In this document: positions 50,730 to 63,089 of the stretch, piece by piece | Layout of the letters: each line of letters begins with the position of its first letter | Position numbering within the stretch: the stretch's first letter is position 1 | DNA from: Rhina ancylostomus | Lineage: Eukaryota | DNA length: 64,000 nucleotides | Direction: 5' to 3' | NCBI GenBank assembly: GCA_030265395.1 | Contig: JARFYF010000063.1 | Coordinates: 43,443,214 to 43,507,213 of the forward strand | Notes under the pieces: model-generated | The model's database searches: none | Told to the model about the DNA's origin: nothing | Seen by the model: only the letters and a program-made list of their open reading frames with translations | Translations under genes and position numbers: made by a program

Positions 50730-51560
50730 TACTGACCATGCATCCAAATCATTCATTTATATTACGAACAGCAAGGATCCCAGCACTGACGAGTGGAACA
50801 CCACTTGTCACCGGATCCAATCGTATATACAACCTTTTACTATCACCCTTTGTCTCCTATTCCCAAACCAATTTTGGATCCATTTTAGCAATTTGCTCTG
50901 GATCCCACGAGCCCTAGCCTTTCGGACAGGTTTGCCATGTGGGACCTTGTTAAAGGCCTTACTGAAGTCCATGTAAATCACATCTACTGCACTGCCCGCA
51001 TTAATACACTTGGTTTTTTCAACAGGTTGGTTAGACAGGACATACCTTTGACAAAGTCATGCTGACTACCTCTGGTTAGTGTCCACCTTTTCAAGTGTTC
51101 AATAATCCTGGCCCTCAGAATCTTTTTCCAATAACTTCCCCAGTACTAACGTTAGGCTCATGGGCTGTAATCACCAGGGTTTTCCTGCTGCCCTTCTTGA
51201 AAAGGGGGACCACCTATGCCATCTTTCACTCACCACGCACCTCACTGTTGCCCAGTGAAGATTTAAAAATCTCATCCAGAGTCCCAGTAAATCTCGTCTC
51301 TTGCCTCCCATAGCAGCCTGGGATAAATCTCATCTGGCTCTGGGGATTTTAAGCTTGCTAAAGCATTGAGTGCCTCCTGTTTACTTATGAAGACCTGCAC
51401 TAGACTTTCACCTTTGCCTTCACTGAATCCTCCAGCTACAAAGTCTGTTTCCTTTGAGAGTACCAGTAAAAAGTATTCATTTAGGACCTCACCTATGCCT
51501 TCTGGCTCCACGCACAGATTGCCCCTGTTGTTCCTAATGGGCCCTGGTGTTTCCCTGAAA
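50730..51560 (-). mobile_element. CR1-clade LINE RT-region fragment
   Basis: GEVLNEYF..LKSPEPDEIYPRLLWEARDEI..PLFKKGSRKNPGDYSP..DVIYMDFSKAFNKVPH..TSGVPLVSAGIL. Confidence 0.85.
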
Positions 51561-51758
51561 CAATAATTTCTAGATCAACTCTTCATTTTCACAGACTTNN
51601 NNNNNNNNNNNNNNNNNNNNNNNNNTATTTCATATGGGCAGTACTGTTTCCTGTGCAGTATCACATGTTTCTCATGAAAACTTTATAAATTATTATTGCT
51701 GCCTTTCATCTCCTCAGTCCCAGTGCACCTAATTCTGATTGTCGTGATGTATACTAAC

Positions 51759-51872
51759 CATAAACCGTGAGGTAAATCTGCTTTTCAGCTTCTCCTGCTT
51801 GATTCATGGCCAAGCATGTGTATTTCCCACCATCTGAGAGCTTAGCCCGAGGCAACTGAACAGTCCGGCCTC
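51759..51872 (-). CDS. HMCN1: HMCN1 exon (114 nt, phase 1-1)
   Basis: GGRTVQLPRAKLSDGGKYTCLAMNQAGEAEKQIYLTVY; ag/gttag. Confidence 0.94.
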
Positions 51873-52974
51873 CTGTGAGACAACAGGATTTCAAAATCAG
51901 AAACAGATTCCGCTGTTCATCAAACTGGAGGAACTGCAGGATGGATTCTGTGGCTATTATACACATTTATGTCAATGAAAAACCACAGGAACAAGTAAAA
52001 CACCTCCCCCATTCCCACCCACTTTCTGCAAATAAGCCAGCATCTATAAATTCTGAAAAGTAAAAGGAAAAGGAAAAGGAACAGAAATGCACTTGTGAGA
52101 ATGCATATCAGTTCCTGCTCAGTCCTTTTATATATCCGAACGCAACTGTTCTCACCTAATATCGTTGGCTTGAGTTTAGTTATCTTTTACACCCAATTTC
52201 TTAAACTGTGTAATTAGTATTGCATCTTGTCCAGTTGGTTTGCCACAAATATAATTTTTGTGTCCTAGAATCATGGAAATTTTATGTGAAGATTGTAGTT
52301 GGCTATGATGTATAATTTAGATCATTTTTCAATATTTTCCTTTATTTTTTCAGATAAGGGAGAAACATTTAGAGAACCTCCTGAATGGATTGCCCAGGGC
52401 AAATGGGAGCAATGGGCTGGATGAGTACACTTAATCCCTGACAAAATCGTTAAAACTTGTATAAATGACACCAAAGGCAAGGATCTCTGGAGGAGAGCTT
52501 TGATAATAGCAAGGTAAAATAGCAGGCTGTACTCTCTGAGTTTTGCTGAGTTCTAAGAAGGATCATTGTCCCTATCAAAATGCCAGGCATGCAGTGCTTT
52601 CTGTGAACCAACATCATCTGTCCAAAATCTCCATGGCAATTTCCTTTCTTATTTGCTCTGTCGCCCGTTTTGCCATCTGCTGTTAGTTGTCATTTTTCAT
52701 TTTGGACCATGATGTAGCTTTGGCTGTAGTTTCTCTCCAATGTGCCAGAATTTTGCTTCTTTGAAGGAAAGCAGCAAGCAGCACTTTTACTTATTCCAGG
52801 CAGTTTGTTAAAGTAGCACATTGACCATTTTTACTGGGAAAGTGATTCACAGTGAGGCTTGCAATAAATTAAGTGCCAACACTCCTCAGAATCGCAACAG
52901 TGTTTATGGGCATTGTCGGGCAAAGTTAGTTACGGGGGAGAAACACAGCCATTAGATTGTTAAAAACCTCAAGT

Positions 52975-53518
52975 GTTAGTTGGGGCATTAAATACAAGAG
53001 CAGGGAGGTTATGCTCCAACTTCACAAAATATTGTGCAGATCTCAGCTGGAGTTCTACATGCAGTTCTGGTCACCCCACTACAGGAAGGATATGATAGCG
53101 CAGGAAAGGGTGCAGAGGAGATTCACTAGGATGTTGTTTGGGATAGAGAGATTTAGTTATGAGGAGAGACTGGAGAAGCTCAGTCTGTTTTCCCTGGGGT
53201 GGAGGAGGTTAGAAGGGGACATGATTGAATTATGTAAAATTATGACGGGTATAGATAGGGGAGACTGCAGGAAACTTTTCCCTGGGGTTTGGTAAGGGGT
53301 AGAGATTTAGAGGGGATCCTTCTTCCCAGAGAGTGGAATATATGACCTGAGAGGGTGGTGGAGCACAGTTGCTGACAGCATTTCAAAGGTGTCTAATATT
53401 TGAATCGCCTAGGCTATGGATCCAATGCTGGAAGATGGGATGAATATGGATGGCTGCCCACTGGTTGGTGTGCAGGTGTTGGGCCAGATGGTCTGTATGT
53501 GTGCCTCTGTGACTCTAT
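52975..53518 (+). mobile_element. CR1-clade LINE 3' fragment
   Basis: ORF 52957..53295: YKSREVMLQLHKILCRSQLEFYMQFWSPHYRKDMIAQERVQRRFTRML..RRLEGDMIELCKIM, the typical CR1 ORF2 C-terminus. Confidence 0.88.
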
Positions 53519-53883
53519 TATGAATTCCATTCATGATGTTAGATATGAGCAATGATGTACAATGGAATATCAAGTGGGTTAGCCCCTACCTCTTCAACAT
53601 GTATAAATACCATCCCCACTCTGAAATTATATTTCTTGAAAACATTGCTGAATCCCTGCCTGTCAGTGGGGCTGGATTTCCCTTGAATAATAGACTTATT
53701 GACAAATACCAGAGAATTCATGCACACTATGAATATGGAGGCTAATTTGCAGGAATGCACAGCATGTTGAGTAGAATGCCAGTGGTGAAGGCATTCTATT
53801 CCTATGTCAGCAACAGGACCAACTAATTTGTTTGTTAATTAAAGATTCAAAAGAAAATCCCACGAAATGAATCAGCTTCCTAC

Positions 53884-54045
53884 CAGGCAAAATAAGGACA
53901 TTGGTGTTGGAATGTAGAGGTTTTCCGTCCTTAAGCCAGTTGAGGCTGGGCGGTGGAAAAGCTGTGGCTTCGCACGTCAAAGAGAAGAAGTTATTTATCA
54001 CAACGGTCACGTTTTCTGGGTTGATGCCCATGATACTGGGAGGCA
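53884..54045 (-). CDS. HMCN1: HMCN1 exon (162 nt, phase 1-1)
   Basis: VPPSIMGINPENVTVVINNFFSLTCEATAFPPPSLNWLKDGKPLHSNTNVLILP; ag/gtagg. Confidence 0.95.
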
Positions 54046-54277
54046 CTATGAAACAAAGTGAATTTCAGTTATATTTTTAAGGTTTTCTTTATGAAATAAA
54101 AAGAGATAACATAGATCAGAATGATAAATATCAGATCCCAACTTAGTCTTAGGTGATTACTTGCACTGTTTCCATGGTATTTGTGGTAATGCAAAATATT
54201 TTAGAAAATATGTCTTGGGGCTTCTGATTTTCTCAGTGCAAAACATGATGTTGCTGTTAAGTAATGACATCACTCAC

Positions 54278-54374
54278 CATGGACATTTAAGTTGAAGTAT
54301 TTTTCGGTATTTCCAGCTATGTTTTCTGCAACACAAATGTATCTGCCTGTATCTGACACTTGAGCATTCAGAAT
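54278..54374 (-). CDS. HMCN1: HMCN1 exon (97 nt, phase 0-1)
   Basis: ILNAQVSDTGRYICVAENIAGNTEKYFNLNVH; ag/gtgag. Confidence 0.94.
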
Positions 54375-55008
54375 CTGTTGGTAAGAGTAATAACTTAATC
54401 AGTCAGACCTTAATAGCTTGTACAATAACATAGAAATGCCCAGTCAAACAATGTAAATGCCATTTATCTTTACAAATTACTTTGTATAGTAGGCAGTGAC
54501 ATTAGTCTTCAGCAACGTGTATGATAATTAATACTCTGTCCAACTACTTATCCTTCAATTTTCTCCCCTTTCATTCAGAAGGAGATAACTCATAGTGAGG
54601 TATGTTTCGAAGGTACTAGAAATCTTTATGGTGACTGGCAGCAGACGAATGAATTGTGAAAGATATTTTGGCCAAGCCTTACCATGTTGTAAAATGGTAT
54701 TTATATTAATGTACCTTCCAATTTTAACCTTGCATGTACTTTCCCTCCCTAACTTGGGTATGCAGGCTGCTATGGAAGGGTATTGCAGCTCAAGCAAAGA
54801 ACTAAATCAGGAAACTTGGTACATTATGTCTATGGGATTCAACTCCACATTGAAAAATGTACCAACCCTTTGAATCTTGTGGGGATGATTCTGCTCTCTG
54901 AACAGGGAATCTGGTGAAAATACTGAGAGTAAATAAATTCTTGATTAGGAATGAACAATTTTAACAATGAACCCCCCCACACCCCATGAGACAAAAGGTT
55001 AACAACAC

Positions 55009-55196
55009 CTGAAGAGTTCGTCCATTGGACAGGAGTTTGTAGGGACCATTTGCTCCTAACTGCTGCCCATCCTTGACCCAGGAGATTTTGGGAGTGGGTG
55101 TTCCACTGACCATGCAGTCCAACATGGCAGTCTTATTAACCAGCACAATGACTTCTTCAGGTAAATCATTGTCAGCCCGTTTAATAGTAGGAGGAG
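55009..55196 (-). CDS. HMCN1: HMCN1 exon (188 nt, phase 1-0)
   Basis: TPPTIKRADNDLPEEVIVLVNKTAMLDCMVSGTPTPKISWVKDGQQLGANGPYKLLSNGRTLQ; ag/gtgtt. Confidence 0.94.
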
Positions 55197-55887
55197 CTGG
55201 GTGGAAAAGCACAAAGAAGAGAGCAATTGATCAGCAATATCCTTTTGAACTCTGTTTGTAGCAATGAAAATTCCAGTTTAAAATTACAGGTGGCACTCAG
55301 TTCCCAAGACAGAAGTTCTTGACATTGCAAAGCTTGAGCAGGGCTAATCAAATTTTGGTAAAGCTATTGGAATTTCTAATAACCAGTAAAATAACACCCT
55401 CTCATTTTCCGGCAGTGTGTTTAGATTATTCATTACAGAGTACATTCTGTCAGGCACATAACATCTATTGATGATTGTGACCACAAAAGAGATGGNNNNN
55501 NNNNNNNNNNNNNNTTTTTAAAATACATTGGCCTTGAAATTGGACTATATAGCTCCACATGTTTAGGTATATGCCAGTTGGAGTTAATTAAAAAAATAAT
55601 TGCAAAGGCAAATTGTGGACTAATCGACAGTTTCACAAGGTCCACAGTTTTTCTCCATTCAGTCCGTAACAGGCCTGACCTGTTGTCTGTGATTTTAATT
55701 CTCCATCCCACTGCCAGTCTAACCTCTGCCCTTGGCTTTTCACACTGTTCCAGCAAAGCCCAAAGAAGCCCGGGGAACAACACTTCCTCTTCTAACTTTG
55801 CATATTATCCCCTTCATGATTTTACAGCGAATTCAACAATTTCAGAGAAGTAGCTTTTCCAGTTTGTTTGAAAACTGGTTATCAATC

Positions 55888-56648
55888 TGTTACGTTAATT
55901 TTGTTTTTCTCTCTCCACAGATGCTGCCTGACCTGCTGGGCATTTACAGTATTTTCTGCTTTTACTTCAGGTTTTTTGCATCTGCAGTGTTTTGATTTTC
56001 ACAGTTCCCTTTCTCTTTGCGTCTCCTCAAGACAGATCAGCTGTGACTGACAAGCCTTTGCTACTCTCTCACAGTCAATACCACCGTCACTTGTAATTTT
56101 CTGTGTCTTTTGGTCTGTACCCTTGCACAGACTTCCCCTTTGTTCTATCACCACCTCAACTTATTGAGTTATAGAGTCATACAGCACAGAAACAGGCCCT
56201 TCAGCCCAACCAGTGTACGTTGACCAAGATTCCCATATGCCTGCATTTGGCCCATATCCCTCTGAATATGTACCTATCCATGTACCCGTCCTAGTGCCTT
56301 TTAAATGTTGTTAATGTACTCAACCACTTCTGCTTACACCTCATTCCAGATATCTACCATCCCCTGTGTAAAAAAGTTGCCCCTCAGGTTCCTATTAAAT
56401 CTCTCTCCTCTCACCCTAAACCCATGTCCTATAGTTCTTGATTCCCCAACCCTGGGAAAGACTGTACGCATTTACCCCATCTTTGTCCCTCATAATTTTA
56501 TACACTGCTAAACACCAAAAACGTGTTTGATTCCTAACTTTTCTCCGCTTTGATGAAAGGTCATCAAATGATGTAGCCTGACCTCTGGAGTATCTCCAAC
56601 TTTTCCTGTATTAGATTAAGTTTTCAACATCATCAGTCTTCTGCTTTC
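55888..56648 (+). mobile_element. PLE-derived tandem-terminus unit, interrupted by a CR1 insertion
   Basis: Terminus arm at 55890-56000, spacer similar to 44150-44300, second terminus TGATGAAAGGTCATCAA at 56551. Confidence 0.6.
56163..56507 (-). mobile_element. CR1-clade LINE 3' end
   Basis: Colinear with 1590-1960 (ATAGAGTCATACAGCACAGAAACAGGCCCTTCAGCCC...). Confidence 0.82.
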
Positions 56649-56861
56649 TACAATATTCCTTGCAAGTCCCCCATGGGTTCGACCACGAAACACACCAAAG
56701 AGCCCATCAACAGACAGCATGGGCCTCTCATGCAGAAGCAGGCCTTCCCCAATGCATATGTGGCCAGCTTCATTGTAACCCAAAAGGGACCTTCCAGAGA
56801 AGGAGCCATGTTGTGGAGTTCTGCGCTGGGGACCTGGCTCAGGTGGGTCCCCTAGAAAACA

Positions 56862-57385
56862 GACAACTGCTCTGCCCAGGACTGCAAGAAACTGCAGAGA
56901 GTTGTGGACACAGCCCAGTGCATCACGGACACCAGCCTNNNNNNNNNNNNNNNNNNNNNNNNNNNNNNNNNNNNNNNNNNNNNNNNNNNNNNNNNNNNNN
57001 NNNNNNNNNNNNNNNNNNNNNNNNNNNNNNNNNNNNNNNNNNNNNNNNNNNNNNNNNNNNNNNNNNNNNNNNNNNNNNNNNNNNNNNNNNNNNNNNNNNN
57101 NNNNNNNNNNNNNNNNNNNNNNNNNNNNNNNNNNNNNNNNNNNNNNNNNNNNNNNNNNNNNNNNNNNNNNNATTTTTAAAATATTTTATTGTTCTGTATG
57201 ATTATCTATGCCATGAGTGTTATCCTGATCTCTTTGTAATACATGTACAAACATTGATGCTATATTGATTTGAAAACTAATAACTAAGATTGAAAAAGAA
57301 AGAATTGGCCTGTACAATCGGTACACAAGACAAGTTGTTCACTGTACCTCAGTACAAGTGAAAATAATAAACCAATACCAATACC
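56862..57385 (+). mobile_element. Rex1/Babar-like LINE 3' end, spanning an N gap
   Basis: NCSAQDCKKLQRVVDTAQCITDTS resembles the Rex1 C-terminal region; tail TTCACTGTACCTCAGTACAAGTGAAAATAATAAAC(CAATAC)2. Confidence 0.6.
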
Positions 57386-57963
57386 ACTGCAGTAGTTCTC
57401 CATGACGGACCTATACCTGGAATCCACAAAAGGAGCATGACCCTGGGCTCCAGCACTCTGATAACATCCTGGCCTCTCAGATGAATCTTGGCTTGAATCC
57501 TCCTCCTCTGTCACCCATCCTTTAGGCCTTGCCCTACCATTCTCCCCATCTTCAATCTGCTGTCCTACCCTTGCTCAGCACCCAGTGGCCGATTGCACCC
57601 ACCCCAATTCTACACGCCAGATGACCCTAGCTTTTCCCAATCCCCTGAATGGAACTGAATTCACCCTCCACCTCTAACCCTCACCCTCCCCATCCATTTC
57701 AAAACCCTCCATCCTGCCACCCCAGTGGTTTGGGCCCATGGTTTACCTGGTTTCCTTTATGTTCTCTACCATCAGGGAACAAGCAAAGGAAAGACCCTGG
57801 TGATTGCAAGACATATTCCAGTGCAAGGCACTTTGGGCCTCATGCACTGCAGAGTCTTACAGCGATAGACCATAAAACAAAGGGTTAAAGTACCATTAGA
57901 AATGTGAATTGAGCATGATTGTGCTATGAAATTGGTTTACTTAGCTGCATCTATGATACTCAC

Positions 57964-58077
57964 TCATAACCCTCAGATCATACTGAATAGAATCTTCGCC
58001 TGCTTCATTCATTGCCACACATGTGTATCTCCCAGCATCCTCAACTTGTGCTCTGGGTATCTGTAGCACACGTCCTC
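57964..58077 (-). CDS. HMCN1: HMCN1 exon (114 nt, phase 1-1)
   Basis: GGRVLQIPRAQVEDAGRYTCVAMNEAGEDSIQYDLRVM; ag/gtgagt. Confidence 0.95.
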
Positions 58078-58844
58078 CTAATGGGTAACAAGCACAAATT
58101 GATGTTATTGAACACAGAGGCTTTAAGGATACGCTTCTTTTGTCTAATATGAGAATGCCAGTGGGAATTCAATTTCAGTTATAGGCCACAATATTGGCTC
58201 ATGTTTTATAAAGACCATAAGACCACCTGCGATGTTGTTCTCAGGTATTCTGCATTCTAAAAGCATGCTCTTCGTAATTTAGCTGCTAATCCAACTCCCC
58301 TTATCTCTCTCTCTATTCACTCTCCCTTGTGGCATTAGGGGAGGAAGTTCAAAAAGGTATTAATATAAACCAGAAACTAATTACATTTGAAAGTTTCTCA
58401 AGGTTGGCAGGTGTGTAGCTATTCTTTGGGGGAATACAAGATTATCTCATTGCAAGAAGAGATAACTGGGGATGCACATCACTCTTTTTTTTGCTTTTTT
58501 TTGACCGTGCAGTTGTAATGAGTTGACATTTTATAGAAAGGACGAGAACTTTGCTGCAATGTATAATCAAACCAATATTCTCAACTTTAGCCAAGCAAGA
58601 TCTTCCATTTCTGCAGCAACTTTCATGGTCTCCAGATGTCCACCATTGCCTGCAGAACAGGTATTCCCCAGTGATATTTCCTGAGCATAAAATGCCAATA
58701 ATTGTTTTGCTTCACTGAAGTCAATATTAATGGATATTAACAGTAGAACTAAAATTATATTAAATGAAGACTCCAAGGTATCAACACAAAATCACACTAA
58801 GGGCCCTGGCTTTCAGCTGTTGTGCAATGCCAGCAGGTTTGGAA

Positions 58845-58962
58845 AACAAATGAAACTGCAGATGCTGGAATCTGAAATAAAAGCAAAAGAACTCAGCTAG
58901 TCAAGCAGCATCTGTGGAAGGAGCGAAGGAGAGACCAGTTAACGTTTAGGTCTGGGACCCCG
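58845..58962 (-). mobile_element. Isolated PLE-type terminus
   Basis: AAACTGCAGATGCTGGAATCTGAAATAAAAGC..GCAGCATCTGTGG..GTTAACGTTTAGGTC, matching 42309-42411. Confidence 0.65.
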
Positions 58963-59934
58963 CCCAGCATGGTTTTGCTGCGACATTCATAATACTGCTC
59001 CCACAAAGAAGTGTCCCTCAACAATTCCATGGTGACAGGCTTTACCTCCATTTTAGGCCAACTCCCTGGCCTTTATGGAGGACTCCACCAGAAAGGGAAA
59101 TCAAGGTCGGCTGCAGCAGAACCTGGTGGCCTTGTACAGGAAGCCATTGGCAGAGGCCTCTTTTGATCATGTCATTTTCTGTACTTGCAATATTTTAATA
59201 CCCCTTCTGCCTCCAAGCAATACTACATGTCTGGCCATTGAGTCCACTGTTGCTGTGGTACAAATAATGTTGATTATACAGACTGATATTTCTATAATTT
59301 CAGACTATTACAATATATCCATTGAAAGAGGTGGATGATACTTTGTACTCCTGCACAGGAGCTCAAACATGGACCAAGAGGAAGCCCTGAACATTGTCCT
59401 GGTCACACCTGTTGGCCAACACAACATTACTGGACAAGGTGCAAATGGTGGCTTGTGTTCAGGATCAAGTCACATACAGAGGCTGCCAGCATCTACAGTA
59501 AAGGCAGGAGAACCTCAGTATAAAACTGTGTAGCATGGAACAGTGTCTGCAAGGAGTTGGTAGGATTAGGAGGATTAAAATAGCTTCATTGGGAAACTGT
59601 GGTAAAAAATGGAAATAACTTCAGTGACAATACAAAATAGGACATGTGTATGGTGAAGAAGAGAGACAAATTGAAATAAGAAGACTCGGGAGGGGGAGGA
59701 TAGGACTGCAGGAATATTAATGGCAAAAGAAGAGAATCCGATTAAATTGAGAAAGATTGGGACAATAAGAAATGGGAGAAGCAGTGAGAATGTAAAAATG
59801 TCAGAAAGTTCTGGACCATCCTCAGTAAACAAAAAGGGAAGGAATTGATGTCTAATTCTTTTAAAAAGTCAGTCCGAGAAAAAAACTGTATCAATGGCCT
59901 CTAGTTGTCCCTCAGTGCTTCACAGCAACACTTG

Positions 59935-60650
59935 AGAAGTGTAGATGTTGAGAGGGACATGGGTGTTCTTGTAAATGAATCATTCAAAATTAATGTAGAG
60001 TAAGTGATTAAGAAAGGATAAATTGCTTGTTGGCCTTTATTGGAGAAGGATTTGAGTGCAAGAGTAAAAATACCTCACTGAAATTATATAGGCCCCTGGT
60101 GAAAACATACCTGGAAAACTGTGTACGGTCTGGTCTCTCCATTGGAAGGAGGATATATTTACGCCAGAGGGAGTGAAACAAAGGTCCACCAGACTGATTC
60201 TTGGGATGCAAGGCTGGGGGTGTGGGGTGGGAGTGAGGGGGGGGGTGAACGGAGAGAGAGAGAGAGGGTGGAATATAAATTTAAGCAGGCTGAGCATATA
60301 CTTCATAGACTAGAACAATAGAGGATGATCTCATCGAAGCATATAAAATTCTTACAGGGATTGACAGGGTCAATGCAAAGATAATGTTTCCCCTGGATGG
60401 AGTGTCTAGAACTGTAAATAAGGGGTCAGTTAATCCGAATGAGATGCAAAGAAATTTCTTTATCCAGAGGGTAATGAATATTCAGAACTCTTGAGCCCAG
60501 GGAGGTGTGTACGCTGTCACTGAGTTTGTCAAAACAGAGTTTGATAGATTTTATTTGACAGTAGGGAAATCAAAGTACATGGGGAAAATTAAAAGATCAG
60601 CATTATCTTATTGAATGGGAGCAGGTACAAGGAGCTAGTACCTTCTCTCG
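59935..60650 (+). mobile_element. CR1-clade LINE 3' fragment
   Basis: LLAFIGEGFECKSKNTSLKLYRPLVKTYLENCVRSG..DDLIEAYKILTGIDRVNA. Confidence 0.82.
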
Positions 60651-62105
60651 TCACTATTATAATACGAATAAGTATAGGCCTCATAAACAGAAATTAAACA
60701 TATGATCAAATGATGTGATAGTGATTTCAGTTATAAGATATATATCTGGTCGAAAACTGAGTGAATAGACCTACGAAATCTATAAGGGGAAAGTTTTAGT
60801 TGATGCGAAAGGTCAGTTCCTCTTAAAGAACAGAAGAATGTCCAAGTGTCTAGGATGATTAAAAAAAGAGAGGACCATTAAAAGAGGAAAGTATCAGAAA
60901 ATTGCTAAACAGAAATGTCACTGATACGGAATGTCTGAAATGCTGAAATGCACAGTCAGATGAGACGATGATCTGGCCAAAAGGCAAACCGCATGAAGGT
61001 CTAGGCCACAACAGAGATGTTTGTTCACTAAAATCTGCTTTCCATCTCGTATCTGGAGGGGACCACCCTGTGTGCAGGAAATACAGCAAACAAAATTGGA
61101 GGAAATGCTTGTAAATTGCAACCTCATACAAGAGAGCTTGTCACTCCAGATAATGAAGTGAGGAGGGATGACTGAATGTTAATACAACTGCTGTGGTTTC
61201 ATGGGACGGTGCAGCAGATGCTTTGGTAGAAGTGGGAAAATGTCGGGGACAGGCTCAGCAGAAAACACAGAGAGGAGGAGAAGTGTGCTTGGAAGCAGCA
61301 ATAGTAAGGAGAACCCATGGCAATCATACGGCAATTAACAAGTGCTGGAATCTGTTTAGGAGAAATCACATGAATTCAAGATTTACCCTTGTGGTGGTAG
61401 AATTTGCTTCCTGTAGGCACTATTTCACCTCAGAACGGGCCTGCTTTGCCAGAATAATTCACATGTCAACTTTGCTAAATGAGAATTCTCCTGCTGTGAC
61501 TAAGAATTGTCACAATAATAAAAACAATCATAAAATTCACAAATATTTATCTCAACTCTATCATTCTGACTGAGAAAGTCTGAATGAGCACCATATGTAT
61601 TCTGGTATCTTCAGAAACCTGTGCAGACCAGGGTAAGTTTTGCATCCTGAGGGATGGTTCATCTGTACCTTTTAATCAGGAGTTAGGCCGTCAGCTGAAG
61701 GCTGGACAGATTGAACATGCAGCATATTGTATTTTGATAACAATGGGGGAATGTTTGCTGTGACTTGAGTCTGGAGTCCCTTCATGTCAACTTCAACTTG
61801 ATCCCTCCACCAATCATTTCTTTCCCTCCTTTTTCAAGAAACATTTTTTGGAAGGTTTGCTCCCTTCTTTTCCAAATTCACCAACCCTACTGTCAATTAA
61901 CTTCTCCGCATCTTTGAATGCAGCCACAGAGTAAAGCAAATGTTATATTCCCAGATATCAGCAAAACAATTGCAACATGGGTGCTTTGTCATTAAATAAT
62001 TCATGGTACAAGTATTAACCTGCAGAGTGGTTTGATTGCAGCTATCATAGACTCTACATAAGGAGGGCATTTTCCACTCCCTTAGTCTGTGACAATGATA
62101 CATAC

Positions 62106-62312
62106 CTGGCAGTATCAGTACATTGCCATTAGATGTCAATGGTTTTCCATCTTTGTACCAAGTGAGAGATGGTGGTGGGACAGCATTGGTCTCACAGTAC
62201 AGAGAGATGGGGCTGTTAATGACTACATCCTTGAATACAACTGTCCTGCTCCCTTCCAGTGCACTCCCATTCATATCATGGCTATTTTCTGGCTTCACAA
62301 AACTTGGCGGAA
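62106..62312 (-). CDS. HMCN1: HMCN1 exon (207 nt, phase 1-1)
   Basis: VPPSFVKPENSHDMNGSALEGSRTVVFKDVVINSPISLYCETNAVPPPSLTWYKDGKPLTSNGNVLILP; ag/gtatg. Confidence 0.94.
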
Positions 62313-62540
62313 CTAAATCAAGGATTAAAAAAATGGTTATATTAAAAAAGTATTTCTTTACAAATCTTTATGTAAAGAAAAGTTACTTCTATATGATAAA
62401 AGGATAAAAACAGTTACAGAACAGGTATCTGAAAGAAGTAAATGATAAGCTTTAGCACAGATGAGAATGACAGAGATTTACTTAAAAAGATCATTGCAGC
62501 ACAAAGCACAATTGGAAACAAGCAAATAATGAAATCTAAC

Positions 62541-62691
62541 CTTGAACATTTACATCATAATCTTTCTCGTCCTCTCCAGCAATATTGACGGCCACACAAG
62601 TATACCGTCCTGTGTCTGAAATCTGGGTATTCTTGATTTGAATAATCCGGCCATTTGCTGTGATGGTGATGTGGCCATCTTTCTGCAGAGG
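62541..62691 (-). CDS. HMCN1: HMCN1 exon (151 nt, phase 0-1)
   Basis: PLQKDGHITITANGRIIQIKNTQISDTGRYTCVAVNIAGEDEKDYDVNVQ; ag/gttag. Confidence 0.93.
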
Positions 62692-63089
62692 CTTGAAATG
62701 TAAAGATTTGACTTTGTCTTCCCATGAAAATTCAGAGTGCTTAATATTTATTTACTTAAAAGAAACAATCACAGAAATAGATGCACTTTGATCGATACAT
62801 CTAGCTGAAATCTGAATAGATAAATGGAATGATTGGATGGAAATCGATGCCGCTGACTGTGTCTTAATAAAAGAATTTCATTTTTCCTCTCTCCTTTTAA
62901 GGCACCCACTCCATCAATTTGCTCAAATGGCAGTCTTAGAATATATGACTCATATGTGCATTAGAGCCATGCCTGAATCTCTTCTAACTTGGCTGTAACA
63001 TAAGTAAATACACAGTACTCTACCATATTGCTCAACCCCAACTGTCTTTGAGAAGCTGCAGGTGAACTGCAGTCCTTGCTCTAAACTTA

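Larger units (their letters stand above)
260..62691 (-). other. HMCN1: Hemicentin-1 gene, internal part (33 visible exons, tandem I-set Ig domains); extends beyond both window edges
   Basis: The spliced peptide is colinear with human HMCN1 as recalled (e.g. PTFTELPGDVSLNKG, WTFNNNIIP, IEPLGGNAILNCEV, NVQTTLACEA..DQNQN, ILSGGSKLQIARSQ). All junctions are GT-AG and the phases are consistent except for one gap-spanning intron. Confidence 0.96.

Noticed and set aside
52975-60650. Inverted CR1 3' ends flanking exons as drivers of circRNA
   Set aside because: The copies look divergent and from different subfamilies, so stable pairing cannot be supported by eye
3758-62407. Plus-strand ORFs overlapping exons (e.g. 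3758-4051, 7096-7317, 31555-31944, 62123-62407)
   Set aside because: These are antisense shadows of HMCN1 coding exons with no independent motif or splice structure
260-62691. Alternative identity as HMCN2, titin, obscurin or another Ig-repeat gene
   Set aside because: Domain-by-domain order and distinctive peptides (SNRAGVDNKHYNL, DQNQN, PLPQTD, WTFNNNIIP) follow HMCN1 as recalled; reciprocal BLAST would confirm
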